Source of the DNA: Planctomycetota bacterium
GTDB taxonomy: Bacteria > Planctomycetota > SZUA-567 > H5-PLA8
Direction: 5' to 3'
Assembly (NCBI GenBank): GCA_035308565.1
Contig: DATGGK010000207.1
Span: forward strand, 149-64,148
Length of the DNA stretch: 64,000 bases
Position numbers and translations under genes: made by a program. This document shows, in pieces, positions 8,106 to 16,800 of the stretch (within the stretch, counting starts at the first letter, position 1; each line of letters starts with the position of its first letter). The notes beneath the pieces are model-generated. The model saw only the letters and a program-made list of their open reading frames with translations. It had not been told where the DNA came from and did not search any database.

Positions 8106-9107
8106 ATGACCAAATCACACATCCCGCTGCTTTCCGCCGCGCTGCTGCTCGCATTCGCCGCGCGCACCGCGGACGCTCCGTTCGAATTCAAGCCCAACGA
8201 CCGCGTCGTCTTCATCGGCGACGCGTTGATCGAGCGCGACATCCAATACAATTATCTCGAAACGATGCTGACCGTACGCCTGCACGGCAAAGGCGTGACC
8301 TTCCGCAACGCCGGCTGGAGCGGCGACACCGTCTGGGGCGAATCGCGCAGCGTCTTCGGCACGCAAAAAGACGGCTACACCGCGCTGGTGCGCATCATCG
8401 GCGAGACCAAGCCGACCGTCGCCTTCCTCAATTACGGCATGAACGAATCCTTCGCCGGCCCGGATGGCCTAGCGCGCTTCGAAGAGCAGTACAACACGCT
8501 GTTGGACGATCTCAACAAAGCCTCGCCGGGCGTGCGCGTTGTGCTGATTTCACCGATTGCGTTTCAGATGGACGAAGCGCCTGAGGCCGCGCGAAATCCG
8601 AAGGTGAATGAGAATTTAAAAGCGTACACGGCAGCGATCGAAAGAGTGGCGGCGAAGCATGCCGCAATTTTTGTTAACATGTTTTCAGAGACAGGCGGCG
8701 ACCGCAAAATGGAAAAACAGTTTTCTCTGACGAGCGACGGGATGCATCTAACTGCGGATGGTTATGAAACGTATGCCGTTCATCTGCTGGTTGATCTGAA
8801 AATAATGACCGGCCTCGAACATCTCAACATGTTCGCTCCAGCAGAAGGCAAATACGACAAAATAACAACTGACCCTCAGGAATTACGAGTCCATCCGCAG
8901 GAGCAAGTCCGTGCCCTTATCCGCGAAAAAAACCTCCAATTCTTCAACAAATGGCGCCCGCAGAACGAAACCTACCTCTTCCTCTTCCGCAAACACGAGC
9001 AGGGCAAGAACGCGAAGGAAATTCCCGAGTTCGATCCCATCATCGCCGCGAAAGAAGCGGAGATCGCGAAAATGGCGGATGAAGTGGCGAAGCAAATGGG
9101 GCTTTGA
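8106..9107 (+). CDS. SGNH/GDSL-family hydrolase, exported
   Basis: The ATG at 8106 gives the signal peptide MTKSHIPLLSAALLLAFAARTADA. GDSL block I is VVFIGDALIERD, followed by a GWSGDT block. It carries a C-terminal extension of about 70 aa. Confidence 0.7.
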   Translation: MTKSHIPLLSAALLLAFAARTADAPFEFKPNDRVVFIGDALIERDIQYNYLETMLTVRLHGKGVTFRNAGWSGDTVWGESRSVFGTQKDGYTALVRIIGETKPTVAFLNYGMNESFAGPDGLARFEEQYNTLLDDLNKASPGVRVVLISPIAFQMDEAPEAARNPKVNENLKAYTAAIERVAAKHAAIFVNMFSETGGDRKMEKQFSLTSDGMHLTADGYETYAVHLLVDLKIMTGLEHLNMFAPAEGKYDKITTDPQELRVHPQEQVRALIREKNLQFFNKWRPQNETYLFLFRKHEQGKNAKEIPEFDPIIAAKEAEIAKMADEVAKQMGL

Positions 9108-9168
9108 TTTGTACCGCCGGAGTCCCGCCGGCAAGATTCTGGCCGGCGGGACGCCGGCGATACAGATC
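9106..9168. repeat. long GC-rich inverted repeat (family A-like, ccggcgggacgccgg core)
   Basis: The left arm taccgccggagtcccgccggcaag and right arm ctggccggcgggacgccggcgata are near reverse complements. It begins within the stop codon of the SGNH gene. Confidence 0.75.
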
Positions 9169-9199
9169 AAAAAGGGCATTCAAACGAGGCGTTCATTCA

Positions 9200-12100
9200 A
9201 TGCAAATTCTCCGCTTCATTCTCCTCTCATCTCTGTTGGCGGTTCCCCTGCTCCACGCCGCCGATGCCGTCCCCGATCCCGAAGAAGAACGCAGGTCCTT
9301 TGTCGTCGCCGACGGCTTCGAAGTCAATCTCTTCGCCTCCGACCCGCAGATGGCCAAGCCGATCAACATGAATTTCGATCCGCAGGGGCGCCTCTGGGTC
9401 GCGTCGTCCGAAACGTATCCGCAAGTCAAGCCGGGCGAAGTGCCCAACGACAAGATCATCGTGCTTGAAGACACAAAAGGCGCTGGCCGCGCCGACAAAG
9501 TCACCGTCTTCGCCGATCATCTTTTTATTCCAACGGGCATCGTCCCCGGCGACGGCGGCGTGTACGTCGCCAACAGCACGCAGATTCTGCATCTCAAAGA
9601 CACCGACGGCGACGGCAAGGCCGACGTCAAGCGCATCGTCCTCGACGGTTTCGGCACCGAGGACACGCACCACATCATCCACACGTTCCGCTGGGGCATG
9701 GACGGCTGTTTGTACTTCAATCAGTCCGTGTACATTCACACGAACATGGAAACGCCCTATGGCGTGCAGCGCCTCAATGCGGGCGGCACGTGGCGTTTCA
9801 ATCCCACAACGCTCAAAGCCGAAGTCTTTTCGCAAGGCATGGTCAATCATTGGGGGCACGTCTTCACCAAATGGGGCGAGTCGCTGATGACCGACGGCGC
9901 ATACGGCGAAGGCGTGAACTTTGCTTTTCCCGGCGCGACATTTTTCTGGGCGAAGGACCTCAACCAGCGCGACCCGCAGCGCATTTTGCGCGGCATGAGC
10001 GTCGGGCAGCCGAAATACGCGAGCATCGAACTCATCAGCGGCCGGCATTTTCCGGACGACTGGCAGGGCGACGTGATCACCAACGATTTCCGCGCCAGCC
10101 GGATCGTGCGCTTCAAGCTCAGCGAAGAAGGCAGCGGCTACAGCGCGAAGCTGATGCCGGACGTGATCCACGTCGGCGCGGGCGGCAGCGGCAACGGCAA
10201 CGAGCGCGTCTTCCGTCCGATCGACGTGAAGATGGGCCCCGACGGCGCGCTCTACATCGCCGACTGGTTCAACCCGATCATCCAACACGGCGAAGTCGAT
10301 TTCCGCGACCCGCGCCGCGATCACACGCACGGGCGGATTTGGCGGCTGACGGCGAAGGGGAGGCCGTTGGTGGAGCGGCCGAAGTTGATCGATGCGTCTG
10401 TCGCGGAGTTACTGAAACAATTCGAAGCGCCCGAACAATACACGCGCGCGCAGGCTCGGCGCGTGCTGATTGAAAAAGGCGCTGCCAAAGTAATTCCGGG
10501 GATAGTTCATTGGCGAGAGGGGGCGATGGGCGAGGCACCTCCCACTGAGTGGGACCATCTGAAACTCGAAGCGCTTTGGCTTTATCAGGCTTTCAATACT
10601 CCTCATGCGTCCCTGCTCCGGGGGCTACTTGCCTCTTCCGATCCGCATGCTCGCGCCGCAGCCACGCGCGTGCTTCGCGACTGCCACGCTCGAATTCCCG
10701 ACGCGCTCGACCTCCTCACGAATCTCATCGCCGACGAAAGCCCGCGCGTGCGCCTCGAAGCCATCTGCACGCTCGAAGCCATCCCCGAACAGCGCTCGCT
10801 TGAAATCGCGCTGCGCGCGCTCGACAAGCCGATGGACGCCAACATCGACTTCGCGCTCTTCCACGCCTGCAACGCGCTCAAGCAATACTGGCTGCCGGGC
10901 GTCGAGAACGGTTCGTATGCGTTCGGCGGCAACATGCGCGCGCTGGCCTACGCGCTGCAAGCGGCCGGTTCGCGCGCGGGTGTCGCGCCGCTGCTGGCGC
11001 TGCTGAAGGACGGCAAAATCGCGGCGGAGAATCAGGAGAGTGTGCTGGGGATTATTGGCGGGCTGGGCGGGCCGGGGGAATTGACGGAGCTGTTCAAATT
11101 GCAGGAAAAATCCGACGCCGCAACGCGCGCCAAAATTCTGAACGCGCTCCTGCGCGCGGCCAACGAACGCCACGCCAAACCGGATGGCGATCTGGCCGCG
11201 ATCAAGAAATTATTCGAGGGCGGAGACGTTGAGGCGAGCGCGGCGATTCGACTGGCAGGGGCGTGGAAAGAGGAGGGGTTGCGCGACACAATCCGTGTGG
11301 TGCTCGCCAACGCGGGGCCGCCGTTAAAACTTGCGGCGCTGGATGCGATCGCGGCACTTGGCGGGCCTAAGTCGATTGCCGTGCTGGCCGAATTTGCGAA
11401 CTCGAACGCACGCAAAACGTTGCGGGCGCATGCCGCGGCGAATCTTGTTCCGCTCGAAGCCCCAACTGCCGTGCCGCCTGCCGCCGCGCTGCTGGCTGAA
11501 CCGCTCGACGCATCGGCGGTCGAAGAACTCTTCGCCGCCTTCGCGCGCAAGGAAGGCGCCGGTGCGAAATTGGCCAACGCACTCGAAGCCGGAAAGCTCG
11601 CGCCCGAAAACGCCTCGGCGGGGCTGCGCTACTTCAATGCGTCCGGACAGAACGAACCGCAGTTGATCGCGCTGCTCAAAAAATCTGTCGAAGCGCAAGC
11701 CGCCGTCACATCGACCTCGCCTGAAATCGCCGGTAAAAAGCCCGCCGAAATGGCCGCGCAGCAAAACGCAGACGAAAAGAAAATCCTCAATCCCGACGAC
11801 ATGAAAGCGCTCATCGCCGAAGTGCAGACCAAAGGAGATCCCGCGCGCGGCGAAAAAGTCTTCCGCCGCTCGACGCTGAGTTGCTTCAGTTGCCACGCCA
11901 TCGGCGGCGCGGGCGGGCAGGTCGGCCCCGATTTGTCCAATGTCGGCGCGGCTTCGCAGCTCGATTACATCATCGACTCGGTGCTCTCGCCGAACAAGAC
12001 CGTGAAGGAAGGCTACAATTCGTGGAACATCATCACGAAAAACAAGGAGCACTTCGCCGGCAACATCGTCCGCGAAACCGCGACGCACCTGATTCTGCGC

Positions 12101-12700
12101 GACGGCACGCACGACGAAATTCTGATCCCGCTATCCGATATCGACCGCAACAAAATGCGCCCCGCCGGTTCGCTGATGCCCAACGGCCTCGCCGATTCGC
12201 TCACGCGCGGCGAATTCGTGGATTTGATCCGCTTCCTGTCAGAGCTTGGAAAACCCGGACCGTTCTCGACGGCGCAGAGCGTGGCAGTGAGGAAATTCAG
12301 AGTGCATCCGGTTTCAGAGGCGCTGGCAAAAACAGATTCAGCCGGCGTGCCAAAGCTGCTCGCCGAAATGGACGCGGCCAGTTGGATTCCCGCGTACGCG
12401 AATCTTGCGGGCGGCCTCTCAAAAGAGGAGCTTCGAATCAATGAAAAGTCGACGGCCGCGCTCGTACAGTTTGAACTGAACGTAACCGCGCCCGGCGACG
12501 TGGTCATAAATTCACCGGCTGGCGACGTGAAACTTTGGCTGGACGGAATCCCCATTGAACAAGGCAAAATTGCGGTTCAAAAGGGAATCCGCACCTTTAC
12601 CCTGCGCACCGACCCGCAACGCGCGGATGGATTCAGCGGCATCACGGTCGTCGAATCTCCCGCGAATCCCGCTCATTTCCAACGCGTCGGCGGAAAGTGA
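9200..12700 (+). CDS. PVC-type haem-binding protein (membrane-bound dehydrogenase-like beta-propeller + HEAT repeats + cytochrome c)
   Basis: The ATG at 9200 gives the signal peptide MQILRFILLSSLLAVPLLHAADA. The N-terminal motif DGFEVNLFASDPQMAKPINMNFDPQGRLWV is TIGR02604-like. The central region has HEAT-like repeats (SPRVRLEAI). CFSCHAIGG is a TIGR02603-like haem site. Confidence 0.8.
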   Translation: MQILRFILLSSLLAVPLLHAADAVPDPEEERRSFVVADGFEVNLFASDPQMAKPINMNFDPQGRLWVASSETYPQVKPGEVPNDKIIVLEDTKGAGRADKVTVFADHLFIPTGIVPGDGGVYVANSTQILHLKDTDGDGKADVKRIVLDGFGTEDTHHIIHTFRWGMDGCLYFNQSVYIHTNMETPYGVQRLNAGGTWRFNPTTLKAEVFSQGMVNHWGHVFTKWGESLMTDGAYGEGVNFAFPGATFFWAKDLNQRDPQRILRGMSVGQPKYASIELISGRHFPDDWQGDVITNDFRASRIVRFKLSEEGSGYSAKLMPDVIHVGAGGSGNGNERVFRPIDVKMGPDGALYIADWFNPIIQHGEVDFRDPRRDHTHGRIWRLTAKGRPLVERPKLIDASVAELLKQFEAPEQYTRAQARRVLIEKGAAKVIPGIVHWREGAMGEAPPTEWDHLKLEALWLYQAFNTPHASLLRGLLASSDPHARAAATRVLRDCHARIPDALDLLTNLIADESPRVRLEAICTLEAIPEQRSLEIALRALDKPMDANIDFALFHACNALKQYWLPGVENGSYAFGGNMRALAYALQAAGSRAGVAPLLALLKDGKIAAENQESVLGIIGGLGGPGELTELFKLQEKSDAATRAKILNALLRAANERHAKPDGDLAAIKKLFEGGDVEASAAIRLAGAWKEEGLRDTIRVVLANAGPPLKLAALDAIAALGGPKSIAVLAEFANSNARKTLRAHAAANLVPLEAPTAVPPAAALLAEPLDASAVEELFAAFARKEGAGAKLANALEAGKLAPENASAGLRYFNASGQNEPQLIALLKKSVEAQAAVTSTSPEIAGKKPAEMAAQQNADEKKILNPDDMKALIAEVQTKGDPARGEKVFRRSTLSCFSCHAIGGAGGQVGPDLSNVGAASQLDYIIDSVLSPNKTVKEGYNSWNIITKNKEHFAGNIVRETATHLILRDGTHDEILIPLSDIDRNKMRPAGSLMPNGLADSLTRGEFVDLIRFLSELGKPGPFSTAQSVAVRKFRVHPVSEALAKTDSAGVPKLLAEMDAASWIPAYANLAGGLSKEELRINEKSTAALVQFELNVTAPGDVVINSPAGDVKLWLDGIPIEQGKIAVQKGIRTFTLRTDPQRADGFSGITVVESPANPAHFQRVGGK

Positions 12701-12714
12701 GAAATCCTTAAACG

Positions 12715-12740
12715 CTTGAACCTTGAACCCTTGAACCCTT
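12715..12740. repeat. tandem word repeat (cttgaacc x3)
   Basis: cttgaaccttgaacccttgaaccctt lies immediately downstream of the stop at 12700. Confidence 0.7.
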
Positions 12741-12827
12741 TACGCGCACACGCGCACCCATTGCCTAGTCGTCTTGACAGTTTTTTCTATCCTTCCGCTT
12801 CGAAATAGGTTATAATATGCACATCGC

Positions 12828-13838
12828 GTGGTTCCTTGTCGCGCGTCTGCTATGCGTGGGGCGGGGTCTGTGAGCGAAAATTTATTTGAAAACAACAGCG
12901 CCAATAAGCGCGTGCTGTTAATCTGTCGCAGCGCCAACACCCTTGGCGCGCTGGCTTCGATTTTGAACAAAGCCGGCGCCGTCGCGCTCACCGCTCAGCA
13001 CGCCGCCGACGCGTGGGAGATCATGCGCAGCGGCCCCGTCGCCTGCGTGGTTCAGGATTTGACCAACGTCACGCACGACAGCTTCCTCTTTTTCCGCTCC
13101 TGCCGCTCGTCGCGAAATACGTTTGGCACTCCTTTTCTGTTTCTCTCCACGGCCGATTTCATCGCGCCGAAATTCGAAGGCGTCTGGCCTGAAACCGCGC
13201 GCGACAACTGGCTTCCCCTGCCCTGTCCGGCGCACCAATTCCTGTCCGCGATTCGCAGCCTGATCGCCGCCAACCAGCCCGCTTCCGGCGTTGCGCCGCT
13301 GCCGTTCTCCGGGCAAGCGCCCTCCGGCAGCGCCTCGCAACCGGGAATTTCTTCCACAACCAATTCGGCATCCACGCTGGCCGCTGTCAGCGGCAAAGCA
13401 TTCGGCTCCGGCACCTATCTCCCAGCGGTCAACGCAGCCAATCCCGTCAACGCGCTCTTCTCCGGCAAACTGGGCACGCTGCATTTCTCGCAGATTCTGG
13501 GCCTGATCGAACCGTTGAACCTGACCGGCGTCTTGAAACTCTTCGACGGCGTGCGCACCGGCAGCGTGCATTTTGTCGATGGCAGCGTTTATCACGCCGA
13601 ACTCAACGAAATCGAAGGTTCCGAAGCGCTCTTCCTTCTTTTTCATATCAAAAAGGGTTCCTTCCAATTCGAAGTCGGCCCGCCCACGCCGCGCCGCACC
13701 GTCGAAGGCAACACCATGTCGCTGCTGCTGGAAGGCATGCGCAAAATGGACGAAGCCAAAGCGATGGTCAGCGCGATCAAAGAGCGCCAAAACACCGGCG
13801 CGTATTCCTCGATCGTGGCAAGAACGATCGCGGAATGA
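12828..13838 (+). CDS. degenerate receiver (REC-like) domain + DUF4388 (PATAN-type) domain protein
   Basis: The N-terminus has a CheY-like layout (KRVLLICRS...VVQDL) but lacks the acidic DD pair. The C-terminus GKLGTLHFSQILGLIEPLNLTGVLKLFDG..GSVHFVDGSVYHAE...GSEALFLLF..KKGSFQFE matches the DUF4388 pattern. The start is GTG 12828 or ATG 12852. Confidence 0.7.
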   Translation: MVPCRASAMRGAGSVSENLFENNSANKRVLLICRSANTLGALASILNKAGAVALTAQHAADAWEIMRSGPVACVVQDLTNVTHDSFLFFRSCRSSRNTFGTPFLFLSTADFIAPKFEGVWPETARDNWLPLPCPAHQFLSAIRSLIAANQPASGVAPLPFSGQAPSGSASQPGISSTTNSASTLAAVSGKAFGSGTYLPAVNAANPVNALFSGKLGTLHFSQILGLIEPLNLTGVLKLFDGVRTGSVHFVDGSVYHAELNEIEGSEALFLLFHIKKGSFQFEVGPPTPRRTVEGNTMSLLLEGMRKMDEAKAMVSAIKERQNTGAYSSIVARTIAE

Positions 13839-13857
13839 TGTGTTCAATTTTTTCAGC

Positions 13858-16800
13858 TCACCGGCCCAATGTAAACAAGCTCAACAATTCCTCGCGGCTC
13901 AAATCCTTCACGCCCGCAACGTCGTGTGTCACGATTGAATTCGCCAGCGCTCTCTTGAGCGCCTGCCGCCGCAGAATTTTCTCTTCCAGCGTGCCTTTGC
14001 AAATCAGACGATAGACGTTGACCGTGCGCGTCTGGCCGATGCGGTAGGCGCGGTCTTGAGCCTGCTGGTCGTTGGCGGGATTCCAATCGTGATCGTAGAA
14101 AATCACGGTGTCCGCGCCGGTGAGATTCAATCCGGCGCCGCCCGCGCGCGTTGAAATCAGGAACGTGTCGATTGTCGCATCGGCGTTGAATTGTTCGACG
14201 AGTTTCTGCCGCGATTGGCCGGGCGTTTCGCCGTCGATGCGCATAAATTTGAAACCATTCTTCGTCACAAAATGCGCGAGGATGTCGAGCATGCTCACCA
14301 GTTGACAGAAGATCAGCGCGCGGTGCCCGCCCTCGCGGCATTCTTCAAGCAATTCGCCAAGCACCTCGAGTTTCCCGGAGCGCGATTCGTAGCCGGGAAT
14401 CGGTTCGGCGACATGCTGCCGCCGGCCGTCCTTCGGCAGATAAAGCAAATCCGGATGATTGCAGATTTTGCGCAGTCCCATCAGCGCGGCCAGAATCGCC
14501 GGCGACGACCCGTCGCCTTTTTCGACGATTTCGCTGACGGCGCGTTTGGCTTCGTCGGATTCGCCGAAATTTGTGTAGAGCGAAGTTTGCTCCGGCGTGA
14601 GCGGACAGAAAATATCGCTCTCGATTTTCGGCGGCAGATCGGTGGCGACATCCGTTTTCAAGCGCCGCAAAACGAACGGAAAAATCTTTTCGCGAAGTCT
14701 GTCCGCCGCATTTTTGCCGGTTTCGTATTCTTCATCGGACTCCGCGCGGCCCGATTGCATGCGCAAAATCGGCTCTTCAAACTGCTGCGCGAAATGCGCC
14801 TGCCGTCCGAGAAAGCCCGGCATCAGGAAATCGAAGAGCGACCACAATTCGCCAAGCCGGTTTTGGATCGGCGTGCCCGTGAGCGCCAAACGGTGCTGCG
14901 CCGGAATCGTCTTGATCGCTTTCGCCACTCCCGCGGCGGAATTCTTGATGAAATGCGCTTCGTCCACAATCACGTATCGCCACGCGATTTCGCGCAGCAA
15001 CGAGGCATCGTTGCGCACGGTGCCGAGGGTGGCGATGACGACGTCAAAACCGCCCCTCACCCCCGGCCCCTCTCCCCCAAGGGGAGAGGGGTGAACGGCG
15101 GCGTCTCGCCCAAGGGACGAGACAAGGATTTCACTGCGCAACTTGTCGCGACGGCTTGGCGACCCGCGATAAATCATCACGCGCATCTGCGGGCTGAATT
15201 TTTCGAACTCAGCGCGCCAGTTGTCGGCCAGCGACGTCGGCGTCACGATCAGCGACGGCATTGAACCAAACTCTTCCTTCATGCGCGTAAGCTGCGCAAT
15301 GGTCTGTGCGGTTTTGCCAAGTCCCATGTCGTCGGCGAGCACGCCGTTTAATCCGTAGCGCGCCAAAAACGCGAGCCACTCGAATCCCTTCTGCTGATAC
15401 GGTCGCGGCGTGAGTGTCAGCGCTTTCGGCAGCGGCAGCGCTTGAATCGCTTCGAAGCCCATGAGCTGATCGAGGAATTTGCGGTAGCGTTCGTTGTGTT
15501 CCACCGATCCGGCGATCGAGAAAACGCTGATGACGCGTTCTCGCTCAGCCGGCCGGAAGCGATAAAAAGCGCGTCGCCGCGCGTGCCGATTAAAAAGCGA
15601 ACGCTCATCCTCGACGGCTCGGAGAGCCGTCCTGCTTAGGCTGGCGTCGAATTTTTTGAGCGCGTTTTTGTCGATGCGAATCCACGTGCCGTTTTTGAGG
15701 AACCATTCACGGCCTTCTTCGGCCAGTTTGCGCAATTCTTCCTCGCTCAGCGTCACGCCGCCGTGATCGAATTCGGCGCTGAGCGTGAACCACGCGTCCT
15801 TGCCGTCTTCTTCGTCTACGTCCAGTTTCACGCGGATCGCGGCGGGTTCGTCTTTGATCTTGTGAGCGCCGGCAACGTGTTCGGCGATGTAACAATTCCA
15901 CGGCGTGTGTTCGTCGTGCGCGGCATCGCGCGCCCACGCCAGCAGTTTTGGAATCTGCTCGCCGCGCGCATCGAACTCGCCGGCCGTCGCTGAACCTGCA
16001 TCTTCCAATTTCTTCCGGCTGCTGGCGACAAGTTCCCGGTCCACGCGGAAGAAATCGTTTCCGCGGCGGATATACTTCCTTCCCTCCGCGGCGGCGGCGA
16101 GGATTTCGATGGGGGTGATTTCGATTTTTTCTTTCGCGGAGACGCAGAGGCGCGGAGAGGAAATGCTATCCGATTTGCGAAACGGCGCCGCCGGTTCAAA
16201 ATGAAAACTCGCGCGCACGCTTTCAACGCCGTCTTCGTCATCGGCTTCGATGTGCAACGCGGGTTTGAGTGTCAGGCAGATGCCAATGTTCTCAATCTCG
16301 CCGTCCACTTTCGCGCCAAGATTTTTAAGCTTCGGCAGCACATTTAATACAAACGCCGGGATGTCATCGTCGGCAATTTTGTGTCGCGACTGATTCGGAT
16401 TGACGCGCGGCAATTCCGGCGGCAGCGATTCCACAAGCGCGTGCCCGCTAAATTTAATGGGCAGCCGATGGCGCACGCCATTAATTTCGAGCCACTCCAA
16501 ACCCGTGGTGCAGGCGTCTCGTCTGCACGAATCTTCATTTGAATCGTGCAGGCGGGACGCCGGCGCCACGGGATATGGCACCGGCTTGCCGGTTTGCGTG
16601 AACAGCTCGCGCACGAGTTCGATCTCGTCATTCTCGTCGAACCCGACACAGATTTTCTCGCGGAGCGGCTCAAAATTAATGCTCAGCGCCGCAATGGCGG
16701 GATCGACGTGCACCGAAATGCGATTCGCATTCGCGCGCGCGCGGCACAGGAGATCGAGCGCAACAATCCCCACGAACTCCGCCGCGTCCGCGCAGGATTT

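Noticed and set aside
12774-12816. sigma70-like promoter (ttgaca 12774-12779 and tataat 12811-12816) upstream of the REC/DUF4388 gene.
   Set aside because: The two hexamers are 31 nt apart, far from the 17 +/- 1 nt optimum. Promoter consensus in PVC bacteria is also uncertain.
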